Positions 10,673-22,502 of a stretch of 25,186 nt of DNA are shown piece by piece (the stretch's first letter is position 1; every line of letters starts with the position of its first letter). The stretch comes from Octopus sinensis (Eukaryota), in assembly GCF_006345805.1 (NCBI RefSeq), contig NW_021836118.1, forward strand, positions 1-25,186, written 5' to 3'. Position numbers and translations under genes: made by a program. The notes under the pieces are model-generated. The model saw only the letters and a list, made by a program, of their open reading frames with translations, was not told where the DNA came from and did no database searches.

Positions 10673-11138
10673 TTAACGGCCGAGCCGACTTGACCACAGA
10701 TAGACAATAAGTTGATCGCACCGAGAGCGTCATTGCCTTTACAAATTCGCTTGTTTATTGTTAGAAATCCGCTTAAATTAGCTGTGAAACATCGTGACCA
10801 TGTAAACGGCTATAGCGATGCTTCGGACGGACAACGTCGGCAAACGCGCTCCATCGACTTTTCTCTTCCTAGTCCTTCTGTAACTATCGGCTTTCCCCAA
10901 AACCCTAACATTTTTTCCTTTTCTTTCTTCCCTTCACGCACTCCCTCTCTCTCACACTCACGCTCTCATTCTTCTTGTTCTTGTTCTTATTCTTCTTCAT
11001 CTGTTGTCTCATTTACTCCACCTACGAACAGTTGTTCACAAACACACTTCAACATAGAACACCCGTTTTTGATTTCCAGTCAATTCCGGGTGCGTAGCGG
11101 GTTTTCGCCACCTAACATCCCATCTCCGAGAACCGCTG

Positions 11139-11253
11139 ATGCCACCCGAGAAAGCACCACACGAACATACTGCATCCATGTCTGTGCCCAAGTCACAATG
11201 CACCGCTGAAATAGCCCGGCCAGGCCCGAGCACTGAGGAAATACCTGCAGAAG
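11139..11253 (+). CDS. Putative first coding exon A (MPPEKAPHEHTASMSVPKSQCTAEIARPGPSTEEIPAE, phase-1 donor)
   Basis: ATG at 11139 opens 38 codons + 1 nt to a consensus donor AAG|GTGAGT at 11253/11254, followed by an abrupt switch to AT-rich intron-like DNA. In-frame TGA upstream at 11070-72. A possible acceptor TTTCCAG| at 11079 would make the exon 11080-11253. Confidence 0.55.
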
Positions 11254-11862
11254 GTGAGTACACATATATCTTTATCGTTAATTAAACTGTTTGTTGCACC
11301 GACAATTATTTCTGATTCTGTCGTCCAAATTCTTTTTCTGTCAAACTTTGACACTGTTTCAAGTAATTTTCTTCAACTGTTTTCCTAATTAAAAAGAAAC
11401 AGTGTGAAAAATTTTCATTCTGCAAAAAAAAAAAAGAGAAAAGAAAAAAGAAAAAGTGAAAAGAAAAAATGAAAAAATTAAAAGAAATATCTCAAAAGAA
11501 AAAAACGTATTGATAAGAATACGTATCAAACTAGAGAGAAGAATATATGTAATAACTGGAAAAAAAAAAGTTTCTTGTAAAGAAATCCCGCAAAACGAAA
11601 TAAAAGGTGAAGGTCTTACTTAAAGATTGTCTGGGAAAGAGAGCAATAAAGTTGTATATATAACCATTTCTATATATATAAATATATATATATATACACA
11701 CGAACTGTTGTTAATCAGATTTTGATCAAATTTTTCATTTTTTTTTTTTTTTTGTCACTTTCTAAAAAATAATTTTTTTTTTTAAGTGGGAATTGGTATT
11801 AAATCTACTCAGAAATCTTAGAAGTGTTATTTCAAAATAGTTTTTCTACCAGATTTATTTAG

Positions 11863-11865
<3 letters not shown>

Positions 11866-11916
<51 letters not shown>

Positions 11917-11920
11917 TATA
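11866..11920. repeat. (TA)n microsatellite
   Basis: Directly visible. Confidence 0.97.
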
Positions 11921-12052
11921 GCATGTTAGAAAAGCTAGCCTTGCACAAACCTGTTCACTTAAGAAGTTTCATCTCTAACTTCAACTTTATTGATTTCAAA
12001 AAGGAAAGTAAGAAAAATAAAGTTATAAAAATTGGTAGATAAATGGACAGTT

Positions 12053-12092
12053 AGATAGATAGATAGACAGACAGATAGATAGATAGACAGAC

Positions 12093-12159
<67 letters not shown>

Positions 12160-12172
12160 GATAGATTGATAG
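12053..12172. repeat. (TAGA)n/(CAGA)n microsatellite
   Basis: Directly visible. Confidence 0.98.
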
Positions 12173-12639
12173 ATTCAATCTGTGTCCTGTAATAAGACTA
12201 GGGGAAATAATTCTCTTAGACAAAAATAATGAAAACGAGTCCTAGAATCATTTATGAATACATATATTAGTTATTATATTGTGTATTTGAGTGTACAAGT
12301 GTATATGTGCGTATGGTGTGTATATAACGTGAGTATATATATGTGTGTGTGTGTATGTGCATTTTGTGTGTAAATGAATGCATAAATGCATACATAACCA
12401 TGTAAGTCTATATATAGATAAACGATATATGTATATATATATATGTGTGCCAAAAATGTACAAATTCATATATATATATATATAAAAATATATATGCGTG
12501 TGTATGTATTCTGTAAGTGTATAAATATATACACATACTTACATATGAGAGTGTAAAAATGTACGCATAAATGTAGAGTATATGCAAAAAATATATGTGT
12601 TCGTGGTATATATAGATACAATTCATATAAAATATAATA

Positions 12640-12678
<39 letters not shown>

Positions 12679-12915
12679 GCATGTATGTGTATGTCTGTCT
12701 GTAAAAATGTATATAAATATATTTTTTACACAATTAAATTTTCTTAGAATACCAAAAAGGATTTCTCCTGATATTCTCAATATGTCTCTTTTGATTAAGA
12801 TTTTAAGGCTAAGCTTTCCATCTTTCTCAATATCTTTAAAACCTAATATTTTTACATAATTTTCCTTTATTTCCAAAATTTGAAGAGAAATGAAAAACTA
12901 TAAACCACTATAAAC

Positions 12916-12958
<43 letters not shown>

Positions 12959-13410
12959 ATATATATATAATATAATATATATATATCATATTGTTTACTT
13001 ATCAAAATTACTTTGTCACTCTAGATAAAGTAAAAAACGCATCTGACAACTTTTCAACTCAACTCACCTGGGTAGGAAGTGCAAAGGTAATTGAGAAAAG
13101 TTTAAAGAAATGATGTATAAATTTGCTGGCAATAAATTAAGTGTTATAAATTTATGTAATGTACATAGAAGATAATACGTGTGTGTGTGTGTGTGTTCTT
13201 GAATATATGTCCATGTGTGTATGTGTGTGGAGAGAGAGAGAGCGAGAGACAGAGAGAGAGAAAGTGTGTAATGTATGGATATATACATACATACTTTTAC
13301 ATACAAATGTTTGCAGACGTACAGATATGTATTCCTATGTATATACAAATGTAAAGTTATATACATATGCGTAAGTTTGTGCGTTTGTATGCCAAAAGTA
13401 TATATATATA

Positions 13411-13844
13411 GGCGCAGGAGTGGCTGTGTGGTAAGTAGCTTGCTTACCAACCACATGGTTCCAGGTTCAGTCCCACTGCGTGACATCTTGGGCAAGTGTC
13501 TTCCACTCACAAAGCCTTGTGAGTGGATTTGGTAGACGGAAACTGAAAGAAGCCCGTCGTATATATGTATATAATATTATATATACTATATATATATTAT
13601 ATATATATATATATATATACTATAATATATATGTCGTGTGTGTTTGTGTGTCTGTGTTTGTCTCCCTAGCATTGCTTGACAACCGATGCTGGTGTGTTTC
13701 GTCGCCGTCACATAGCGGTTCGGCAAAAAGAGACCGATAGAATAAGTACTGGGCTTACAAAGAATAAGTCTCGGGGTCGATTTGCCCGACTAAAGGCGAT
13801 GCTCCAGTATGGCCGCAGTCAAAGGACCAGAAACAAGTAGAAGA

Positions 13845-13845
<1 letters not shown>
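13411..13845 (+). mobile_element. tRNA-derived SINE family A, full length, young
   Basis: Head GGCGCAGGAGTGGCTGTGTGGTAAG (A-box) with GGTTCAGTCCC (B-box), CORE-like TTGGGCAAGTG, expanded internal (TA)/(TG) tract and 3' tail. Embedded between (TA)n tracts. Confidence 0.95.
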
Positions 13846-13887
<42 letters not shown>

Positions 13888-14235
13888 TATATGGATATAT
13901 ATATATGGACATATATGCAACTTTTGTACACTAATATACATATATACACACATGTAAAAAAATGTATATATATGTGTGTGAGTGTCTGTAAAAACCTATA
14001 TGTGTATTGATCTATATGTACATATATGTGTGTGTGTGTATAAATTCGTATATAATATACACAAGGTTGTAAATTATGCACACAAATACTGAAATTGACA
14101 TTTATTTCCTTAACAAATGTGATTGGGGCAATTAGAACTACCATAAATGGTTAATACGCTCTCTAATAAACTTGCATTTGGAAACTAATCAATCTATATT
14201 ATATAATCAATATGTGTGTGTGTTTGTATGCATGC

Positions 14236-14290
<55 letters not shown>

Positions 14291-14647
14291 ATATATTATA
14301 TGCATGTATATGTATAGTATGATATGTATGAATGTATATGTCTATAGTATATGTTAATATTTCGCCATGTACAAGTGCCATACTCATAGCAGGAAACAAA
14401 ACAAAGAACAATAACCACTGATAACTAAAAGAAGTTCATAGCAGAAACGAAATGACGGGTATCAGATGTTATAAACTTGTTTAATTTTAGAGTTAATTGT
14501 ACTTTGGGGCTGTATAGTAATTAACACATGGGTGCACACACGCACACAATGTAATTTTTAAATTATTCACAAAATCTGAACTGTTGGGTGTTTAATTATT
14601 ATAGTACAGTTTTAACTTGTATTTAACACGTAGAACAATCACCATAT

Positions 14648-14900
14648 GTAGTAGTAATAGTAGTAGTAGTATTAGTAGTAGTAGTAGCAGCAATGGTAAT
14701 TATCATGGCTGCGAGGCTCTAAATTTTAGGTGTGTGATGATTAATTAAATTAAGAAACTTTAGTTTAATTAATATAGTAATGTTATAATATGATGATGTT
14801 TATTATTATGACGATGATAATAATGATAACAACAATAACTACAGCAATAATAATGACTTAATTATGATGAGAATAGTAACGATAGTAATAGCTATAATAA
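14648..14900. repeat. Degenerate (TAG)n/(TAA)n/(TGA)n trinucleotide low-complexity region
   Basis: Directly visible. Confidence 0.85.
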
Positions 14901-15269
14901 AAAAAACGATGACTTATTTGGTTCAGTATATGAGATAGAGGGGACATTACCAGAATAATTTAGGATTTTTGTTGAAGTTTACGTAAGAGATGAGGAAAGG
15001 AAGTGAGAGGCGGGGGAAGGAGATAAAACTTAATATTAATAATATTAATTAGGAAACAAATAGATTAGCGATGGTATAACAATGATAAAAATGGTAATAC
15101 TAATTACATTGATAACGGTTCTTGGAAAACATGAAAAGAATGAAGAAAATAAAAGATGTCGAGGTGGAGATTGTATTTAATACATTACGTTAATTCCAAT
15201 TCTGTGTTATGAGATTATACTGTATTCCATGCTAGAAGATATACAACTTCAATATTTATTCATTAAAAC

Positions 15270-15330
15270 TTTTACAAGGGATAAGATAGTGACTTCGAAG
15301 TTAATGCCGGCCTTCGTCGGCCTGTTTAAT
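15270..15330. mobile_element. Internally deleted copy of the palindromic Penelope-like/hammerhead-type element
   Basis: GATAGTGACTTCGAAGTT is identical to 15646-15663. It is followed by CGTCGG and then CCTGTTTAA, which matches the right-arm end at 15736-15744. Confidence 0.6.
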
Positions 15331-15454
15331 ATACATGAAATCTACAAAAAATTATTCGAGTAATTCTTCAGTTTAAATTATTTTTTTATTGTCTTGACAC
15401 ACACACACACACACACACACATACACATACACATATACACAACACATACCCACA

Positions 15455-15499
<45 letters not shown>

Positions 15500-15624
15500 T
15501 ATATATATACATATGTGCTTATATACACACATATATATCTTGATGTTTGTTCAGTTATAATAAAAACAATTTTACATTAATCCGGTGGATTACTCCATAC
15601 TTTTGTAGTGTAAAAATTATATTT

Positions 15625-15747
15625 TTCTTATACAAGAATATCATTGATAGTGACTTCGAAGTTTTGGCCAGTTTTAGCCATCGTCGGACGATGAATTAAC
15701 TGGTCGAAACGTCAAAGGTCACTGTCAAATATATTCCTGTTTAAGAA
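15625..15747. mobile_element. Imperfect 123-bp palindrome of two head-to-head hammerhead-like Penelope-type ends
   Basis: Arms 15625-15685 and 15687-15747 are reverse complements with scattered mismatches and a 1-nt spacer. The minus arm reads CCGACGA-T-GGC..GCC-AAAAC-TTCGAA-GTC. Confidence 0.65.
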
Positions 15748-15767
15748 TATATATATTCTTGGTTAAG

Positions 15768-15811
<44 letters not shown>

Positions 15812-16266
15812 CTATATATAATATAAAGAGAAAGAGAAAGAGAGAAAGACAAAGGACGACAGAGAGCATAAAATTGTGAAAATTGTGTTGATTGAGAAAA
15901 AAACGTTGATTTCTGAACTTTTTAAATGGCGTTAATATTCTCCTCTTTATTGTTGTCATTGTTGTTGCGCAAATGTATTATTATCACTTATAATTATCAT
16001 TATTTTAATTGCTATATACTATATCTTAAAAATTATACTAGCATTATCTTTCCGTTCCTTATTTATTTATTTGTTTATTTAGTGTTACCTTTTTTAATTT
16101 TTTCTTTATTCATCTTTTACACTCTTGTAAGATTTCGTGGTTGTTATCTTAGCATTTAGCTTGTTGGCTTATGGCCTTACTGTACTGTCTGTCTGTCTGT
16201 ATGGCTGGCTGGCTGGCTGGCTGGCACTGCCGGCTAACTGACTGACCAGCCAGTCATTAAATAAAC

Positions 16267-16292
16267 TGACCCAAAAGGTCAGCCTTTGACTT
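16267..16292. promoter_or_regulatory. Cluster of three nuclear-receptor half-sites including an NBRE (AAAGGTCA)
   Basis: TGACCC-AAA-AGGTCA-GCCTT-TGACTT in a unique, non-TE block. Confidence 0.3.
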
Positions 16293-17018
16293 CTTCCCTT
16301 AAAAATCCTCCATTCTATTCACCTGCAACTCTTAGTATGCAATAGAACAGGTATTTTCTGAAGATAGAAAAACAAAACAAACACACACACACACACACAC
16401 AACAAAATAATAAAAAACATGCCTGCTGTGTTTCTTGAATTTCACTTTCCTTTGTGTATTTTTGCCTTTTATGGAGTTTGCATAATAATATTAGTTATAA
16501 TACGACATATCATGGTTATAATGAAAAAATAGACACCCTTCTTACACGCATACTATAGTATAGCAAAAGGGTACACGTGTGTGTGGTGTACACTTGCATG
16601 TGCATATGTATATATATGTATATATGTATATATATAGTATATATTATACATATGTATATATTATATATACTTAGATGCATGTTTATATACACAGGCAGAT
16701 AAAATAAATATATATATATATACATATATACATAATTGTGTTCTATGCATTGTTGCACACACACATGCACACACACACACATATGTTACATCTAACACAA
16801 AGGTGATTATATATATATTACTTATTATATTATATATTTATCATTCGTTTTATACTTTTTGAGATCTGGTTATAAGTTATATGTTTTATAAAAATATACA
16901 TTATTTGTTATTTATGTATTGGTTTATGTCTATCACTGTTTGAGTTGCATAATAGTGGTTTTATCTCTAATTTATATTTTATATATTAATATTGTGTGTA
17001 TGTGTGTGGTGTGTGTGT

Positions 17019-17059
<41 letters not shown>

Positions 17060-17199
17060 ATATAAAACTTAATAGTTTCGGTCAGTTTTGGGGAGGTTCA
17101 CGTGTGATTTGCAGTGTTGGACCTCGGAAATTTTTAGTTCTACACTTGAAGTTTTATTGTTTTGGCGGACCAATATGGTAATTCGTATAGTGCCGAGTC

Positions 17200-17767
17200 C
17201 GGGGTATCCATCAAGGGGTTAATCTGTCCTTTGACTTCAAGAACTGTGACACGGGAGGGAGGGAAGGATCGGAGATGGGAGGGGGACAAAGTTGTAGTGT
17301 TGACGTTGATGTTCACTTCGAGGCTTCAATAAGAAAAGAACAAAAGTAGCTGCCACTGTTGGCAATCGAACCTGGATCACAGACTTAGAATCGTCTCGCA
17401 TTTTTTTTATCTACACCACTTCATACTTACCCTATTTCTTACACACACACACACATACAGATAATTTTTTTTTCGTATGACAAGGATTTTCTGATTACTT
17501 TTAGACAATTGAATTCCCTCCGCCACCCCACACTTTTTTTATACTCGGGACGTTTCGTGTGGGGCAAGCAAAGCTACTTCTTGTGTCTTCGCCAAAGAAC
17601 CAAGAATATTGGTTGGTGTTGGCAGATTTGCTAATCGACCTCTAGTATATTATTGGAATTCATTTTCCGTGTTTTCCCGTGAGGATTAAAAGCTGAATCC
17701 AAATTGTGGATTCAGAACAATAATTAATGTTGTGAACTACAGTAAAACATCAAGTTCGGTGTTCAAA

Positions 17768-17805
<38 letters not shown>

Positions 17806-17825
17806 ATTTCTCTCTGTTTCTCGTT

Positions 17826-17860
<35 letters not shown>

Positions 17861-18150
17861 CACACACACTCTCTCTCTCTCTGGGCTGGAGAGAAGGGGA
17901 AGAGATCCCCTATGTGGTCGTTTGGTTTGCAAGACTAAGGAACCAAATCATTCACTGCCCTGCCTTCTCCAAGTGCACATCGGACTATCTAGTCCTAGAT
18001 ACACAACAGACGAGATAGTCACAGCCGGAACGACTTTGACCAGAGACCTGCTTCGATCAGTACTGACTTTAAAAAAAAAAAAAAAAACGGAACAGAAACG
18101 AAAGAAGAAGACGACGAAGAATTTGAAAGTTCCTTGGCCTTCAGTTGTCG
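17200..18150 (+). promoter_or_regulatory. Putative promoter / 5' leader region 2
   Basis: Unique sequence with a G-tract cluster (17253-17285) and long (CT)n (17771-17882), directly upstream of the exon-like block ending at donor 18287. Architecture parallels region 1. Confidence 0.35.
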
Positions 18151-18286
18151 ATGCTTTTATACGAAGTAGCCGAATCCAAGAACTGTTGTGAATTTTTACT
18201 TGACACCACTGCTAGCGACTCTCCAGTATTGCAAGCACCTACAATGGGTTATAAGGAACGAGACGCCTTAACTCCTTGGTCTGCTG
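18151..18286 (+). CDS. Putative first coding exon B (MLLYEVAESKNCCEFLLDTTASDSPVLQAPTMGYKERDALTPWSA, phase-1 donor)
   Basis: ATG at 18151 opens 45 codons + 1 nt to donor CTG|GTAAGC at 18286/18287. Second in-frame ATG at 18244. A possible acceptor CCTTCAG| at 18144 means it could instead be an internal or second exon. Confidence 0.5.
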
Positions 18287-18491
18287 GTAAGCACATTTTA
18301 AGAAATATCTTTTTAAAGAAAGTTCCGTATATATATATATATATGTATATATAGATTTGGTTTTAGTATTTAGTTCGCAAGATTCTTCATGTGAGTTCGT
18401 GTGTTGAAGCATATTTTGTTGTGTCTGGAGACAGTCATTCTGTTCTAATGCCTTATTAATTAATACACTCACCAGTTCATTTTCATCTCAT

Positions 18492-18503
18492 TTATTATTA
18501 TTA

Positions 18504-18559
<56 letters not shown>

Positions 18560-18560
18560 T
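18492..18560. repeat. (ATT)n microsatellite
   Basis: Directly visible. Confidence 0.98.
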
Positions 18561-18839
18561 TTCTCTAAAATTTTCGTTGCTTCTTACTACAATTATTGAA
18601 GTGGTTGCAAGAAGGTTTTTTTTAATTTTAATTTTTAAAGAATTTATCTTGATAGGATCCAACTCGCACTACATATATTTATAATAATTTGGGTATTTCA
18701 AATGTTTAAATATAATATATTATTTGTATTTTGTTATCATTAAGAATCTTGAGAAGTAAATCTCAAAACGAATTTTGAAAATCTCCGAAAAAAAATCAAA
18801 TTTTAACTAATTCTTTTTCTTTTAATTATTTTAATGGTT

Positions 18840-19085
18840 GAAGTCTTAGTACTGCAGCCATATTGGTGCATTGTGTTCAGGGCTTTTGGTCGAACACTTT
18901 GGTTGAACTGCTAATTACAGACATAAAGAACTCAACATAAAAAGCAATATTGTTTTTGACATACACGTGTACCTACCTACATGCATACATACATATACCA
19001 AATTTCACTTCCAAGACATTTTAGCAGGAGTAAGTTGTGCAAATTTCTGTGCAGTGAATCCGAACCCATAACCAAGTGGTTGTCT
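18840..19085 (-). mobile_element. Old, highly diverged SINE family A copy
   Basis: ACTGCAGCCATATTGGTGCA (tail) and GCAGTGAATCCGAACCCATAACCAAGTGGTTG (head) residues resemble family A. Confidence 0.5.
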
Positions 19086-19909
19086 GTCCAAAGTAAAAAG
19101 AAAATTGAAGTTTTATTCGATTCATACAAAAGAAATGGTTAGCAAGAAAGTAAAAAAGAGTATCGATCCAGTTACTCTTAGATACTCTTTCCAACGTGAG
19201 TTTGTGTAAGTAACCATATTTATTTACTAAATACGAGGGAAAATGTGAGACTTATTTAACATTTTAAAGTCTTTTTTTTTTTTTTTTTTTGTAAATAAGA
19301 AACCATAAACAGAAGCCAAGGGTGGCGATTTACACACAATGTGATGTAGTATAAGGGTGTGTTTGTCAGCATATGTTTATGTGTAGATATACGCGTGTGT
19401 ACATAAGCATAGATACACCTCTTAATTTCTCTCTCTCATATATATATATATAAATATGCACATATGTAAGCACATATAGATGTGTGTATGTATGATATGC
19501 CGATGTATGTAAATGATTGTGTCTGTAATTGTATATATATATATATATCCATGTATGCCTATGCACACACATACGTAACTATATGTTTACGGGTATATGT
19601 GTGCGTGCGTGTGTGTATGAATATTATGAGTGTGTGGTGTGTTTGTGTCTAGACTGTGCGTGTATATAAATCTTTGTGTGAAGCATATGAGAAAGAACCC
19701 CAAAACAGACGTTTTGCATTGAAAAAAAAAATGAATATAAACCCCAACAAACTTTGTTTAAATAACCAATTTCAAACTATTTTTATCCCCTATTTTCAAT
19801 CTGTCCCCGTCTGTCTCCTCGGCCTTCCTTGTTATGTAAAAAGTATAAGTTATTGGTAATCTAAGAACGGCAGTGGCGATACTTTTTTCTGAAATATTTT
19901 TTCTTAGAT

Positions 19910-20158
19910 CAGTGATTCTCAACCGTTTTTTTCCTATGGGCCCCTTCGATACCTATTTTACTTGAGTGGACCCTCAGAGTCATTTAATGTTTAAAAAATC
20001 CTTTGTATTTTATAATTAAATATTATTAGGAATTGTACAAAAAGAATTGTCAAAATATGTTTTGCATTGTACAAGTAGAAGCAATTTATTGGACATAAAC
20101 GTAACAACAAAATCTTATATGGACCCCAAAGGTATTGTGGACCCCGGTTGAGAAATGG
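19910..20158. mobile_element. hAT-type MITE, second copy
   Basis: CAGTGATTCTCAACC start and GGTTGAGAA near the end. Internal segments (TGGACCCTC, AATGTTTAAAAA, AAAATCTTATATG.ACCCC) are shared with 6104-6334. Confidence 0.85.
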
Positions 20159-20309
20159 AAGTTATTAACAATTCTAATTATCATTTAAATAGTTATAAAA
20201 ATAATTCAGTTTTAAAATATTATTAATTTTAATGGTTTATTTATTATTTTTGAAAGGACAGGATAACAGGCCGGAACACAAATTAGTGTTAATAATTAGA
20301 TTTAATAAT

Positions 20310-20460
20310 AACGATAATCCTTTCTACTGGTAGCACAAGGCCTCAAAATTGGGGGAAGCGATTAAGTCGATTACGTTAACCCCAGTGCATAACTGGTACT
20401 TAATTTATCAACCCCGAAAAGATGAAAGGCAAAGTCGACCTCTGTAGCCGGAAGAAGTGT
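20310..20460 (-). mobile_element. SINE family B, 5'-truncated
   Basis: AATCCTTTCTAC..GCACAAGGCCTC..GATGAAAGGCAAAGTCGACCTC. Confidence 0.85.
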
Positions 20461-20825
20461 CACTAAGTATATTGTCCGACGCACTAATGATTTTTCCAGG
20501 TTGCCTCCATCGCGCAAAGCCCAGATTTTCGTGTGAAAGATGAAAGCAGTCGATGGCATCAACCTCTATTATATTTTGCTTCATCGTCCACAGAAAAGAA
20601 CAAAAGAAGAAAAATACTTTGGCAGGATTTGAACTAGGAACACAAACAAAGAAACGCGAATCTATTACCGCCGAGCAGGTTGTTTATCGTTCTGTCGATC
20701 GATTCTGCCGGGCACAAAGCCACAAAGATTGGGTGAGTGGGGTCGGATGGGCGAGTCGATTTCTCCAACTGCAGTACTTGAAGGAAGAAAGGCAGAATGT
20801 GTATGGGGGGCTTTGGGATTTATCT

Positions 20826-21145
20826 TCTTTTAGTTTTGACTTATTTCGGTTATTAGGCTGCGGCCAGGCTGCAGCAGCACTTGAAGAATTTTTAGTTAAA
20901 TGAATCAACCCCTGTACTTAATTTTTTTTTTTTGTAAAGCCTGGTGCTTATTCTATCGTTCCCTTTTGCCGAACCGCTAAGTTACGGAGACGTAAACACA
21001 CCAACACCGGTTGCCAAGCGGTGGGAGGAGGATAAGCACAGACACAAAGGCACACACACACACATACAAACACATTACACGATGGGATTCGTTCAATTTC
21101 CATCTACCAAATCCACTCACAAGGCTTTTGGTCGACTCGAGGTTA
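20826..21145 (-). mobile_element. SINE family A lacking the tRNA head
   Basis: TTTTGCCGAACCGCTAAGTTACGGAGACGTAAACACACC..CTACCAAATCCACTCACAAGGC, homologous to 2848-3254. Confidence 0.9.
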
Positions 21146-21542
21146 CAGATCTGAACTCAGAATTTAATGAATGGGAAACTAATTCAGAAACTAGTGAGTC
21201 TTCTATTCCTTTTTTTTTTTTTTTTGCCTTGTATTTGAGTGTCAATGAGGGAGTTAAGGTTTCAATTTTCACTTAAGGATTTTGTAATTTAGAAAAAATG
21301 GAAGCAAAACTGTTACTCATTCTTTTTTTTTTACAAATAGCTTTCTTCTTTTAAACATCACTGCAGGGAGTTTTTGTCAACTAAATGCAGGAATAATCTC
21401 ATTTGCTTTAAAACATTTTTGAACTCACAATATTATATTTGTAATACTAAATTGTGTGTGTTTACAGAACACCCTCCTCCTGGGCCCTTTTTTACTTAGA
21501 CTTGTATTGTTGTTATTCATAAACATTATCACTACATCTTAC

Positions 21543-21544
<2 letters not shown>

Positions 21545-21619
<75 letters not shown>

Positions 21620-21712
21620 TATATATATATTACATATATACACATATTTATATATATATATATAATATATATACATATATATTTATATATATATATAATA
21701 TATATACATATA

Positions 21713-21792
<80 letters not shown>

Positions 21793-21828
21793 TATATATA
21801 CACGCATATATATATAGATATATATATA

Positions 21829-21865
<37 letters not shown>

Positions 21866-21870
21866 CATAT
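21545..21870. repeat. (CT)n followed by long interrupted (TA)n
   Basis: Directly visible. Confidence 0.97.
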
Positions 21871-22502
21871 ATGTACGTACCTACCTCTACATGTATATAT
21901 ACACGCATATATGAGTACAGGACACCAAAAAGATGTCGAACACAATGAGAAACGAAAACATAGACACAAACCCAAGGAACTGGACATTTTTCTTATATAT
22001 ATATATATACATACATTCACACACACACACACGCGTGTGTGTGTATGATATTATAAAGAAGAATGGAGAATTTATACATCTTCAAAATTTGTTTATACTT
22101 TTTATTAAGTTCCAGTCCGACACGTGTTTCTGCTGGATAAGTGACCGACAGTTCTTTGTTGAAACATTTATGTCCATTTAGTTGATTCAGTTGCAGCACA
22201 TATTCATATATAATGATCACTCTTAGTCTGACCACTAAGTATGAATATATACACTTCGCTGAAGAGATCTAAATATATCAAGAGCGAAACATGACCTTTA
22301 CTTTCACCTTTTAGCTCTAAAGACACCAGATTCACTCCATTTTGCTTTGTCCAAAAACCTCCTTCAGCTGAGCTAAGTGAAGTTATCTCCCTTCCTCCTC
22401 TTCTCTGACTTCTAAAGCATCCGTCAAAGGAGTTATACATACATACATACCTACATACATACATACCTACATACATACATGTGTATGTGTGCGTGTGTGT
22501 GT

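Noticed and set aside
10427-10733. Three overlapping reverse-strand ORFs, and plus-strand ORF 10712-11209
   Set aside because: Explained by GC-rich or pyrimidine-rich composition. No motifs are recognisable and 10712 starts at TTG.
11420-11510. Long A-rich purine tract after the first donor
   Set aside because: Low-complexity sequence with no attached retroposon body or TSD.
18151-18286. Resemblance of GYKERDALT to a spectraplakin (Shot) N-terminal GYEDALT segment, and of exon ends to PKA catalytic first exons
   Set aside because: Only a few residues recalled from memory match, which is insufficient to assign a gene symbol.
20553-20740. ORF with strong-looking donor TGG|GTGAGT at 20732/20733
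   Set aside because: It lies in degenerate family B SINE sequence and is phase 0, unlike the other candidates.
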